In this document: positions 12,331 to 25,220 of the stretch, piece after piece | How the letters are laid out: each line of letters opens with the position of its first letter | Numbering within the stretch: the stretch's first letter is position 1 | Assembly: GCF_964194025.1 (NCBI RefSeq) | Contig: NC_134473.1 | Span: forward strand, 18,104,001-18,168,000 | Direction of reading: 5' to 3' | Length of the DNA: 64,000 bases | From: Convolutriloba macropyga | Taxonomy: Eukaryota | Notes under the pieces: generated by a model | What the model saw: only the letters and a program-made list of their open reading frames with translations | Databases searched by the model: none | What the model was told of the DNA's origin: nothing | Made by a program: the position numbers and the translations under genes

Positions 12331-13339
12331 CCGCTGTAAATAGTGGGCTGTTTCGTTATCAGAGACGGAGACGTTTGATTTATTTCAACTCCTGTATACT
12401 TTTAAGAAGAAAACTTATTTTCACTCTTAACTTAAATTGTACTCTTAACTTCAATTTCAATGGAAATTCAACAATTTTGGTACCCTTTGGTTCTCTAAAT
12501 ACGTTAGATAAAGATCTTAGCCCTCTTTGGGCCTCCCGCCCAGCGCTCGGGCGCAAGTACCCTCGTGTAAAGGCGACGATCCCTCGTGGCACTCCCTTGG
12601 GCGACAAAGATTTTTTTAATAACGTCTTAAATCATTTTTTGGCATTGTTTTTAACTAATATCTCTTCGACTGAAACCAGTGACCGTATCAAAAACGGCTG
12701 GAAAAACATGTTTATTTCAAAGCAGAATTACAAAATTGCTCTTCCGTATCGGGCTAAACATGGTAATCTTTCATTGGTAGGTTATGTCACTCTTATCCCA
12801 AATATGATTCCTGGAAAGCCCAATTTCTTATACAAATTTAGCAGATGAGGTCTATTCCAATCGTCTGCAGCAGATTCTGCGTCCTCTACTTGCAACCATT
12901 TTCGTTGACGACCGTGAAGGCATGTTCCAATGATCAGCCCAAAATTTTGTCCATTGTTATAGTTGAAAATCAGCGCTTGAGGTAGTATATGACGCACTAC
13001 GTGGACGAGTTCAGGCCATGACCCATAAGGCTTGAGTTACAACAAAATGCAAAACTTTTAAATCTTTCTTGGTATTCAAATCTGATCCTCGAAAATTAGT
13101 GGTAAGAGTGCAAAAATGATAGCCGCAACTCAATCATTTTCCGCTATGAGTCATGGTGATCTAAAGCTATTGATATGAACTTGTGTTCAACCAATAGGAG
13201 TTGGGGATACTCTTGTTAACAATTTTGAACATTTCGAAATAAGCACTGTTGCTTGATATGAGCTATAATTTTTCATAGGACAATAAAGTACTGAGAAGCT
13301 TTTCTTTTTAAGACCCGGGTCGAGGTGTCAACGCTAAAA

Positions 13340-14215
13340 AACGCAAAATTATGTAAGATTGGCGTTGAATGCGTAGAATTTATGTAAGATCTACGCTTAA
13401 GCGTAGATCTTACATAAATTCAACGCATTCAACGCTAATCTTACATAATTTTGCGTTGAATTTTGGCGTAGATCTTACATATTTAGCGTTGAATTTTAGC
13501 GTAGATCTTACATATTTAGCGTTGAATTTAGCGTAGATCTTACATAAATTCAACGCATTCAACGCTAATCTTACATAATTTTGCGTTGAATTTCGACGTA
13601 GATCTTACATATTTAGCGTTGAATTTTAGCGTAGATCTTACATAAATTCAACGCATTCAACGCTAATCTTACATAATTTTGCGTTGAATTTTGGCGTAGA
13701 TCTTACATATTTAGCGTTGAATTTTAGCGTAGATCTTACATATTTAGCGTAGATCTTACATAAATTCAACGCATTCAACGCTAATCTTACATAATTTTGC
13801 GTTGAATTTTGACGTAGAGCTTACATATTTAGCGTTGAATTTTAGCGTAGATCTTACATAAATTCAACGCATTCAACGCTAATCTTACATAATTTTGCGT
13901 TGAATTTTGGCGTAGATCTTACATATTTAGCGTTGAATTTTAGCGTAGATCTTACATATTTAGCGTTGAATTTAGCGTAGATCTTACATAAATTCAACGC
14001 ATTCAACGCCAATCTTACATAATTTTGCGTTGAATTTTAGCGTAGATCTTACATATTTAGCGTTGAATTTAGCGTAGATCTTACATAAATTCAACGCATT
14101 CAACGCTAATCTTACATAATTTTGCGTTGAATTTTAAAGTAGATCTTACATATTTAGCGTTGAATTTTAGCGTAGATCTTACATAAATTCAACGCCTTCA
14201 ACGCTAATCTTACAT
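13340..14215. repeat. ~31-33-bp minisatellite (gcgtagatcttacat..tagcgttgaatttt), inverted copies at ~14890-15480
   Basis: Dozens of directly visible near-identical units, with higher-order alternation of ttacataaattcaacgcattcaacgc units. Confidence 0.9.
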
Positions 14216-15041
14216 TAATATCAATTTTTTTACTGTTTCGACCCCTATGCTGAAAAGGTGAGAAACGTGAAGTCAGAGAAAAATCATTTTTAATGCTCTT
14301 TTATAGTGAAAAATTCAATTGAGAGCATTATACGATTTCAAAATTTTTCAAGTTTTTTTTTCAAAAAGTCAATTTATTAACTGTTTCGTGTTTCGACCCT
14401 ATGCTGCACAGGTGAGAAAAATCACTTTTTAGTGCTCTTTCAAAGTGCAAAATCCGTTTCAGACCATTTTACGATTTCAATACTTTTTCAAGTTTTTTTT
14501 CGAAAAATCAATTTTTTTACTGTTTCGACCCCTATGCTGAAAAGGTGAGAAACGTGAAGTCAGAGAAAAATCATTTTTAATGCTCTTTTATAGTGAAAAA
14601 TTCAATTGAGAGCATTTTACGATTTCAAATTTTTCAAGTTTTTTTTCCAAAAAGTCAATTTTTTAACTGTTTCGTGTTTCGACCCTATACTGCACAGGTG
14701 AGAAAAATCACTTTTTAGTGCTATTTCAAAGTGCAAAATCCGTTTCAGACCATTTTACGATTTCAAAATTTTTTCAAGTTTTTTTTTCGAAAAATTAATT
14801 TTTTCAATATTTCGAACCCTATACTCCTAAGGTGAGAAACAAGAAGTCAGAAAAAAACTTTTTTAGTGCTTTTTTATAGGCTAAATTCAACGAAATGTAT
14901 GCAAGTTCTACGCTTAATTCAATGCAATATATGTAAGATCTACGCTAAAATCAACGCAAAATATGTAAGATCTACGCTAATTTCAACGCAAAATATGTAA
15001 GATCTACGCTTTATAAGGATTGCGGCTCTTAAGGAAACCAA

Positions 15042-15112
15042 GGTACGGTGGCGCAATGGTAGAAGAGGCGACAAGTAAACAGGAGGTCATTGGTTCGAGT
15101 CCCATACCCAGA
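15042..15112 (+). ncRNA. tRNA-like Pol III cassette inside the non-autonomous element
   Basis: GGTACGGTGGCGCAATGGTAG...GGAGGTCATTGGTTCGAGTCCC has A box TGGCGCAATGG and B box GGTTCGAGTCC at tRNA spacing. The anticodon and acceptor arms do not pair. Confidence 0.7.
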
Positions 15113-18100
15113 GTTCTACGCGTTGATTTTTTGTAAGATTAACGCTAAATTCAACGCAAAAATATGTAAGATCTACGCTAAATTCAACGCTAATTGTGTA
15201 AGATCTACGCTAAATTCTACGCTAAATATGTAAGATCAACGCTAAATTCAACGCAAAATTATGTAAGATCTACGCTAAATTCAACGCTAAATATGTAAGA
15301 TCAGCGGCAACTAGCGTTGACAAGTTGGAAAATTCACCGCCATTTCTTACATAATTTTGCGTTGAATGCGTTGAATTTTTGTCTTCAAATTCAACGCATT
15401 CAACGCAAAATTATGTAAGAAAATTGCGGTGAATTTTCCGACTTGTCAACGCTAGTTGCCGCTGATCTTACATAATTTTGGCCAAATTCCTCGGCCCGGG
15501 GAGATTAGTATTAAAACAAAAGCATGATGCACCTTGATGTCAATGAATTTTTCATGAGATCTAACAGATATCTTGCTAAGACTTTGTTGGGCCACCTTAG
15601 TTGACTTGAACAGCCCACTTCAGCTGCATAGACAACAAGGAGGCTCGGTAATGTGCGTACGCACATAAGGTTCCGACACCGCTCATCCAGATTCTCGACT
15701 TAATTGGCTTCCAAATGATGAAGAGAAAGAAAACTTTCAAAAACATGCATATCGTTCCATAAACAACCAATGCAATGCAGTAAAGCCACCCTAGAGGGTC
15801 GATGAACGTTGTTGGTAATATGATTACTAGAAAAGAAAATAATAAATATCAAACAACAAACATTATTTACGACCAAAATTCGATTTCTATGATAAATAAA
15901 ATCATTACAAAATCAAATTCGCATTATACAAAATTTAAACAAAAAATTTAACCTATACACCATTAGCAAAAATTTGGGTCCTGTCCTCAATGCAACTGGT
16001 TAAAAGGTCGACAAAAAAGAGCAAAGAGGGGCCAAGTTCATAAATATTTTTCTATTTTTGAAAAGAATTAATTTCACTGAAATCCCTAAAATGTTCATTT
16101 ATATCTCCATAGGAAGCAACTGAGACACGACATAACTCATTGTTCAATTGCAAAAAATTTCAAGGCCAATGGGACCTACGATTATTGTTACAAAATAAAA
16201 TGAAAACAAAACTATAAAATGTACAAATACAAAAAGATCAAATAATTTACGAAGTCTCGTAGTAACAGCAGTGACAAAGCCGAGAAACAAATGTTTGAAG
16301 TTTAAACCGTTACAGAGATTGATTTATAGCTCACTGGAAACGGGTTGTGACCTGTGTTTACAGAGAATGAGCTACAAATTGACCCAAGAACTAATAAGAA
16401 TTAATTTTATTATTAAAGGACGAAGCTCTAAAACCCAATTATGTTAATGAAAACAAATATTTTCAAAATCATAACAGACTTAAAATTTTAACAAAAAGCG
16501 ATAAATTAGGTTGCAATACTTCAGGAAGCCAATTGCGCCTGTTATTAATGAGACTATGTCACGACCAAAAAAATTAAAAACAAATTTATAAAGAAGCCAA
16601 AACTTCAAACAATTTTACGAGATCACACTTTTCAAGGCAATAAAATTCGAAGCTGTTTCCTTCAAGAATTGTGAATTGTCACTTTTTGCTCATTTTAACA
16701 TCAAAGAGTCTTCCTTCTCATAGACCTGACAACAAAAGAAACCCAGAACAGTTTAGAAATCTGGAACACATTTATAAAATTAATCGTCGAAGCAATCAGT
16801 CACAATGTATAACCAAGATAAAAACACTGGTTGAATCAGCAAAAAGTAATTAAGCTTTGAAATAATGAAGTTGATTTACAAGGTTACGATAAAGAAAGCA
16901 AAAAAGATGCCTTTAAACTTCAATCTTAAAGTCATGAAAACAAACCGCTACGAACACAATTATTCAATTAATTTGAGTTATAGGCCCTGGGGAAGCAATT
17001 GAGACCTAGCGTTATTAGGTATATGGCGTCTCAGATCAAAAAGAAAGACAAAAAGTGGCAACAAAGCAGAAAAAATCCATAATATTTGCGAGATAGCTGT
17101 GTCTCAGGCCAAAAAGCATAAACTATAAAACAAAAACAATTAAATACTCAGATTCGACTTTTTCCAACTCTATGTGCATTTTCCCTACTATGCTTCTTTT
17201 CAATTGCACTTGTCAATAATGCGAAATTTCGACAAAGAAACAAAATGAACTCATAAAATATGCAGTTATTCTCAAATATTTTTAAACAATGAAAATGCGT
17301 GGTATTAAAACAAGAATACCATTAGTTAATCAAAAAATCTTTACTGACATTAAATTAAAACTCACAAGAATTTTATTCTGCCTGTTTTAATTGATACTGC
17401 GCCAGAAGTTGAGAGAAATAGGATAAAATATTGGCAAATTTTCAAAAATTATCCGATGTTTTCTTGAAACAAGTAAATTCAAGGTCATAACAGCCATTAG
17501 ATAACAACTGAAGGAAGCGTCAGAGTTCATTCATACGTCCTGAAAAAAGATTGGAACTTTGACTGGGGACAATAAGTTTTTGAGATACAAAAAGGTAACA
17601 AATGAAAGCAAAACAAGATTTACATAAGTTTTTTTTTAACGAAAACGATATTTCGGAGCCATAGAAACCACGCCTTTAACTCTGAAAACATAATATAATC
17701 TCAGTGAGCATTTTTGTAAATAGTATCTGCCAATAATTGAGCCCTGATTTGAAATTCTTTTAAGTAAAAAAAGTTTACATAAAAAACATTTATGCAAAAA
17801 ATATTTTGCAAAAATTTGGAAAAATTTTGCAAAAAAGTAGCGCCGCATTAAAATATAAAGAATTGTGTATGGTAAGTATCCATGGCGATATCATGATCAA
17901 CCCAAATGCTCCTGTGCGTCTAATAAAAATACTCATTTGTTCAAATGGTTTCGAAACAGATCAACTCTTTAGCAAATTTTCACAGTTTGTCAAAAAAAAT
18001 GCATTCTTTTTATTTATTGAGATTAAATTTGCAAGAAAAGTAGCAAAGTTATAAGTTCAGAAGACTCTCAAAACCGTCGGGTGTACAAATAGCTCGTTTT

Positions 18101-18853
18101 TCAGCTTAAAAAGTGTGCGGTTGCAGTTTTAAGGTACCTGCTTCCAGCAAATTTAAAGCAAGTCGGCTTTAAAAAGCAAGTTTTGTCCCAATTTTGGTCC
18201 CAAAATAAGTCGAATTTTGACAAATTTAGCAAAAATTCAAGTCTAAAAACTCTAATCGAACAATACAGCAACCCTCCTCTATGTTTAGAGATAAAATTAT
18301 TAACACTACGGTTAACAATGTGATCAAATTTCAGCAAAATTGACAAAAAATAGGTCAAATATACCGAAAATTGTATAAAAACGGCTGATATACGTCTAAT
18401 ATTCACAAAACTTTAAACCTCGATAACTCCCTATAAAAAACGTAAATTAAAAAAATCTACCCTGGACGGGCTTTTTAATGATACCACTCACAACTCTCTA
18501 CGATGATTATATCGATCGGCCAAAAGTGTCTGAACAAAAAAACCCATTTGAGTATATATTTCCTCCCCCACTAAAGTGGGTCGGAACAACAAAATCAACT
18601 GAAAGTTCCAGTTTTTAAATCAATACTCTATAAAATCTTTCAAGTGAACATTTGACTATATAAATTACTGTCATTTATAAGTTTTTTTATTGGTACCTTG
18701 TTGTTCTAGGTATATATTGTCAATAATTAGGATTTAAAACCAAGGACTTAGTTTTTCAATAGTATTTTTGTCCAATCGACTGTTTATATTATGGCAACCC
18801 ATCTTAAGATCACATAAGAACTGTCCTCTAGAGGGATACACATTTTTCTATTT

Positions 18854-19075
18854 CCCGGGCCGACGTGTACACCCGTATTCCACCGTTATTAAGCGAGAAT
18901 AAGGGTGTAAAGCCAATTCCACTCTTAATTAGCAGGAATAAGAGTGTAAGAGTGTAATTTTGAAAAAATTACACTTTAATGTACACTCTTTACACTCTTT
19001 AGTACACCCTTATTACACTTTCAAAAATACACTATAATTACACTCTTTATTCTACTCTTTTTTACACTCTTGAGC
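18854..19075. repeat. Left TIR and subterminal repeats
   Basis: Clustered direct and inverted tacact(c)/(g)agtgta motifs and ttccaccgtta. The same motifs occur at 38240-38500 and 39611-39993. Confidence 0.8.
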
Positions 19076-19084
19076 GAATTATGT

Positions 19085-21500
19085 GAAGCAAATGTAGAAC
19101 TTAATGAAAACCTTTTGTTAAGAGCATTTCGAAAAAGACAAGTTAGAAATTCTATTTTAGCCCGTTTTGTTGACCTGATACTGAGTTTTTTGAAATTGTG
19201 CGGAAATAAAAGCCAATAGTTTGATTTGTATACAGAATTTTTATGAAATCTCCAAATAGGTGAAGAAAGTGTCGAACTTCATTAAAAACGTTTGTTAACA
19301 ACTTTTTGAAAAAGACGAATTGAGAAATCTATATTAGCCCGTTTGGTTGCTCTGATACTAAATTTTTTGAGTTTGTGTGGAAATAAAAGCCAATAGTTTG
19401 ATTTGTATACAGAATTTTTATGAAATCTCCAAATAGGTGAAGAAAATGTCGAACTTCATTAAAAACGTTTGTTAACAACTTTTTGAAAAAGACGAATTGA
19501 GAAGTCTATAATAGCCCATTTGGTTGCCCTGATGTTAAATTTTTTGAAGTTGTGTAGAAAAAAAAGCCAATAGTTTGATTTGTATAATGAATTTTTATGA
19601 AATCTCCAATTAGATGAAGAAAATGTCAAATCATTAAAAACGTTTAACAACTTTTTGAAAAAGACGAATTGAGAAATCTATATTAGCCCGTTTTGTTGCC
19701 CTGATACTGAACTTTTTGAGATTGTGTAGAAATAAAAGCCAATAGATTGATTTGTATACAGAATTTTTATGAAATCTCCAATTAGGTGAACAAAATGTCG
19801 AACTTCATTAAAACCGTTTGTTAACAACTTTCTGAAAAAGACGAAATGAGAAGTCTATATTAGCCCGTTTGGTTGCCCTGATACTAAATTTTTTGAAATT
19901 GTGTAGAAATAAAAGCCAATAGTTTTGAATTGTATGATCAATTTTTGAGAAATCTCCAATTAGATGAAGAAAATGTCGAATTTCATTAAAAACGTTTGTT
20001 AACAACTTTTTGAAAAAGACCAATTGAGAAGTCTATATTAGCCCGTTTTGTTGCCCTGATACTGAACGTTTTGAGATTGGGTAGAAATAAAAGCCAATAG
20101 TTTGATTTGTATACAGAATTTTTATGAAATCTCCAAATAGGTGAAGAAAATGTCAAACTTCATTAAAAACGTTTGTTAACAACTTTTTGAAAAAGGCGAA
20201 TTGATAAATCTTTATTAGCCCGTTTTGTTGCCGCGATAATGCACGTTTAAAATTTGTTGAAATAAAAGCCAATCGTTTGATTTGTATACAGAATTTTTAT
20301 GAAATCTCCAATTAGGTGAAGAAAATATCGAATTTCATTAAAAACGTTTGTTAATTACTTTTTGAAAAAGACAAGTTGAGAAATCTATATTGGTCCGTTT
20401 TGTTGCCCCGATAATGCATTTTTTTAAATTATGTTGAAATAAAAGCCAATAGTTTGATATGTATACGGAATTTTAATGAAACCTCCAATTAGATGAAGAA
20501 AATGTAGAACTTCTTTAAAAACCTTTGTTAACAACTTTTTGAAAAAGACGAGTTAAGAAGCCTATGTTAGCCCGCTTTGTTGCCCCGATAATACAATTTT
20601 TGAAATTGTGTAGAAATAAAAGCCAATAGTTTGATTTGTATACAGAACTTTAATAAAATATCCAATTAGATGAAGAAAATGTAGAACTTCTTTAAAAACC
20701 TTTGTTAACAAAATTTGAAAAAGACGAGTTAAGAAGCCTATGTTAGCCCGCTTTGTTGCCCCGATAATACATTTTTTGAAATTGTGTAGAAATAAAAGCC
20801 AATAGTTTGATTTGTATACAGAACTTTAATGAAATCTCCAATTAGATGAAGAAAATGTAGAACTTCTTTAAAAACGTTTGTTAACAACTTTTTGAAAAAG
20901 ACGAAATGAGAAGTCTATATTAGCCCGTTTGGTTGCCCTGATACTAAATTTTTTGAAATTGTGTAGAAATAAAAGCCAATAGTTTGATTTGCATAAAGAA
21001 TTTTAATGAAAACACCAATTAGGTGAGGAAAATGTCGAACATCATTAAAAACGTTTGTTAATAACTTTTTAAAGAAGACGAGTTGGGACGTCTATGTTAG
21101 CTCGTTTTGTTTCCGTGACAAAGTACTTTAAATTCTTTACGAGTTTGTGTAGCATTAAATGCCAATACTTTGATTTGTTAACAAAATTTTAATAAACCAC
21201 CGAATTAGGTGAAGAAAATGTCGAACTTCATGAAAAACCTATGTAAATAACTTTTTGAAGAAGACGAGTTAGAAGACCTATGCTAGCCCATTTTGCTGTC
21301 GTGATAACGTATTTTTTGAGTTTGTATAGAAGTAACTGCGAAAACTTTATTTAATTACAAAATTTCAATGAATCGTCGAATTAGGTGAAAAAAATGTTGA
21401 ACTTCATGAAAAACGTTTGTTAATAACTTTTTGAAGAAGACGAGTTAGAAAATGTATAATAGCTTATTTTGTTGCCTTGATATTGTACTTTCTGAAACTA
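19085..21500. repeat. ~177-bp tandem satellite (~13 copies) inside the transposon
   Basis: Anchor gaaataaaagccaatag recurs at 19203, 19380, 19557, 19729, 19906 and onward. A/T-tract rich; the last copies are more diverged. Confidence 0.92.
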
Positions 21501-22816
21501 TTTAGAACCGTTTTTGAAACTCTTTACATCTATCCAAAATTTTAAGAAAACTGTCGATTTTTGGTCAAAAGTTAGTCATTTTTGTCAAACTTGGCTTAAA
21601 TTATCTCAAATTTTAGGTGCAAACATACATGTTTTAGTATCAAAATAAACTAGAGTTTACGCTTCCAACAAACATATATTTATCTTTGTAAAGTATTGCC
21701 AAACAAGAAAATGCGAGAGCAATGTAGAGACCGAAATCAGGGTCGATTTTCGCAAAATTTTCGAGTTTTCAAAGTTGTTTGGTTAAATAAATTTTTTGTT
21801 ACACTTCGTATTTGAAAGTATATTATATCATTTTCTTGCCCATTTAATCCTCTTTACGAATATATAAGGGTTGAAAAGTCTCGGTTTTATTTCATAGCCT
21901 AATTTTTCGATTTCCCAAATTTTGCTGAAAATAAGCCAAATCCAGCAAAAATCTCAAAAATCGAGTTTTGATTCATTTATTTTATTAACTGTTTTTAACC
22001 CTAGGTTGAACCCCCAGTACATGTTGATTCCAAAACATATTCATTTTTTAATTTTGGTTCAGTAGATTTCGAGATAAAAGCCTTTCTCGGACGCGTACCA
22101 GGCCCCCCCCCCCTTAGTCCCAGCTCTGGAAAAACCCACCCGCCAAATTTAAACCTTTTTTTAATACGTTCCCGTTCTAATTTTGAAATCCCACTTGCCA
22201 TGTTAGATTCCATGAAGATTTTAGATGTTAGATTCCAATTTTAGAAGTGCTCTCTTCATGGTTGTTGGCTGTGAAGCAGGGTATGAAGTTTTCGTTTGGT
22301 GTGTTGCCTCACGGTAACGTGACATGCTCATCGTGAGTCAATACAAGTAAAGACCCCGGCACCTGCCTCCTCTCACTTGACTACCATGAATAGAGCATTT
22401 GAAATTGCGCAACGTATACGAAAGTTCCAAAAGCTCACACAGTAAGCCGGAAATAATGTAATTAGTTCCAATAAGTCGATTTCACGGCAAAGACGCAACG
22501 GATTGTTCGGAGGATCGACAGGACGGATCGATGACGGGACGGAGGACCGAGAACAGAGGATGAGTTGCAATGACGGGACGGGGTCGCGATCAGGGTGGCG
22601 GCGGCCCATCGCTCCGTTTCGTTGGGACCCATACAAAAGTTATATCGTTGGGAAGCTCTCGTCAAGGTGAATTTGATGGGCTATATGGCAGGACCCATTA
22701 TGGGCATACTATAATATCTATACTATTATACTACTGGTTGGAAGTTTCTAATGTGATGTATTAGTCGCTAAGCGTTTATATTTTGTGTATCGTTTTTAGA
22801 TATTGCTGTTGAAAAC

Positions 22817-23467
22817 ATGGACCGTAAACGAATCGGCAGACCTTATGCTTCCGCTAATGCACCTCCCAAAAAAGCCCTCAAGCCGCTTTTCGCAGATGAC
22901 CAGGTCAATGGCAGGGTAACAAAATTGCAACCCAACGGGAGGAACGCTGAGTTCATCTTTAACAATTTCGTTGGTGAAAGTGTGCATACTGCAATAGTAG
23001 GGGACTCAATATTTGATAGTATTTGTATAAGGAACTGCGTCACTTATTCATTGTCAGGCGGATAAGTCGAACAATTTCATCTGCTACTCGATACCCTCTC
23101 TGTATATAGGAACGTCATCTTAGCTGTCGGTGGCAACAATTTGTCAAATTGGAGTAAACCCGGAGAGGATCCATCAGTTGTTGTTGATAAACTGAGAATT
23201 TTGTACAATGCCATCAGGGGCCTTGAAAATCGCCCAAAAGTAATAGTGTGCTCTGTATTGAAAAGGAATTGCAGCCATTGGAACATCCAACGATTCAATG
23301 CGGTGCTAAGGCACTCGCAGCTGCCCTTCTTTAAACTTCATCAAGAAGTTTAAAAAAGCAATTTGTTTCTGAGTGACGGTGTCCACCTTAATTTGAAAGG
23401 TAGAAAAGCATTGCCTTGTGCAATGAATAAAGTTGTGAGAGAACATCAGCAGCACCAATTTGATTGA
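22817..23467 (+). pseudogene. SGNH/GDSL hydrolase (esterase-like), two in-frame TAA stops
   Basis: One frame of 217 codons with block I IVGDS, block II SLSGG, block III AVGGNN and block V LSDGVH. Stops at 23063-23065 and 23351-23353. Preceded by an acceptor-like tttttag ending at 22799. Confidence 0.85.
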
Positions 23468-23689
23468 CTCTTGTTTTCGTTGTTTGTGTTCGTGCAGCAA
23501 TTTTATTCAATTTGTTTTATTAAATCTTTTGTGTTTGTTGATAACTAAGTACTAGTACAATTCGCAATTTCTTGTATATACTCATCAGGGTGAATTCATC
23601 GTCTTACCTCCATTTTTTTTCGAGCATCTGTTAATTTAATCGCTTGCTGAAAACCTGAAAAATGACATAATTTTGATGTGGCTTTAACA

Positions 23690-25010
23690 TAGGATTCTAT
23701 CCGCTTCACCAGGTACAATAGATTCGAATTTTAGGCTTGTGTTTGCGGGTGTCTTTGCCTGCATCGCTATGTCCACTCAGCGAATTCTATCCGCTTCGCC
23801 CTTTACAAACAGAATCATTAATTAGGCTGGTGTTTGCGGGTGTTTCTGCCTGCATCGTTATGTGCTCTCAGCGGATTTTATCAGCATCGCCCGGTACAAA
23901 GATTCAAATTTTAGGCTCGTGTTTGCGGGTGTCTCTGCCTGCATCGCTATGTCCACTCAGCGGATTTTATCTGCTTCACCCGTTACAAACAGAATCATTA
24001 ATTAGGCTTGTGTTTGCGGGTGTTTCTGCCTGCATCGTGATGTGCTCTCAGCGGATCTTATCCGCTTCGCCCGGTACAAAGATTCAAATTTTAGGCTCGT
24101 GTTTGCGGGTGTCTCTGCATGCATCGCTATGTCCAATCAGCGGATTCTATCCGCTTCGCCCGTTACAAACAGAATCTTAATTTAGGCTTGTGTCTGCGGG
24201 TGTTTAGGCCTGCATCGTTATGTCCTCTCAGCGGATTTTATCCGCTTCGCCCGGTACAAAGATTCAAATTTTAGGCTCGCGTTTGCGGGTGTCTCTGCCT
24301 GCATCGCTATGTCCACTCAGCGGATTCTATCCGCTTCGCCCGCTACAAACAGAATCATTAATTAGGCTCGTGTTTGCGGGTGTTTCTGCCTGCATCGTTA
24401 TGTGCTCTCAGCGGATTTTATCCGCATCGCCCGGTACAAAGATTCAAATTTTAGGCTGGTGTTTGCGGGTGTTTCTGCCTGCATCGTTATGTGCTCTCAG
24501 CGGATTTTATCCACTTCGCCCGGTACAAAGATTCAAATTTTAGGCTCGTGTTTGCGGGTGTCTCTGCCTGCATTGCTATGTCCACTCAGCGGATTCTATC
24601 CGCTTCGCCCGTTACAAACAGAATCTTTAATTAGGCTTGTGTTTGCGGTTGTTTCGGCCTGCATCGTTATGTGCTCTCAGCGGATTTTATCAGCTTCATC
24701 CGGTACAGAGATTCAAATTTTAGGCTCGTGTTTGCGGGTGTCTCTGCCTGCATCGCTATGTCCACTCAGCGGATTCTATCCGCTTCGCCCGTTACAAACA
24801 GAATCATTAATTAGGCTCGTGTTTGTGGTTGTTTCTGCCTGCATCGCTATGTGCTCTCAGCGGATTTTATCCGCTTCGCCCGGTACAAAGATTCAAATTT
24901 TAGGTTCGTGTTTGCGGGTGTTTCTGTCTTCATCGCTATGTCTACTCGGCCGATTTTATCCGCTGCGCGCAATAAAAATAGATTCCATAATAAGGCTTGA
25001 GTTTGCGGTT
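23690..25010. repeat. Satellite of alternating 91- and 89-bp monomers (180-bp dimer), ~14-15 monomers
   Basis: Anchor ttaggct.gtgtttgcggg at 23731, 23822, 23911, 24002, 24091 and onward. Monomers alternate between 'ttacaaacagaatcattaa' and 'ggtacaaagattcaaatt' types. Confidence 0.93.
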
Positions 25011-25220
25011 GATTTTGCTTTTTGAAAATTAAATTTTTCTTTCGAGGTTTTCTCCTGTTGACATTAAATTAAGTGAGAATTAGTGAATACTTGATTTAAT
25101 TTAGTTGACTTTTAGTCGTTGAATTTAAATGACTTTGTTACAATGTCTAAAGTTTGTAACAAGATTTATTGTTAATGAGACTCTTTAAGCTAATGGTCTA
25201 ATTTACTATTAATTTCAGAG

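Larger units (their letters stand above)
13314..15500. mobile_element. 2.2-kb non-autonomous CMC/EnSpm-type element
   Basis: Starts CCCGGGTCGAGG, ends CCTCGGCCCGGG (11/12 inverted match), with GA on both sides (2-bp TSD). Interior is minisatellite arrays in opposite orientations, a tandem block at ~14220-14880 and a tRNA-like cassette. No ORF. Confidence 0.8.

Noticed and set aside
13340-14215. CRISPR-like array of ~32-bp repeats
   Set aside because: Units are contiguous with no unique spacers, there are no cas genes, and the context is eukaryotic.
23737-25025. Long ORFs with 60-aa repeats
   Set aside because: They are by-products of the stop-poor 180-bp satellite dimer; the frame switches where the monomer register slips.
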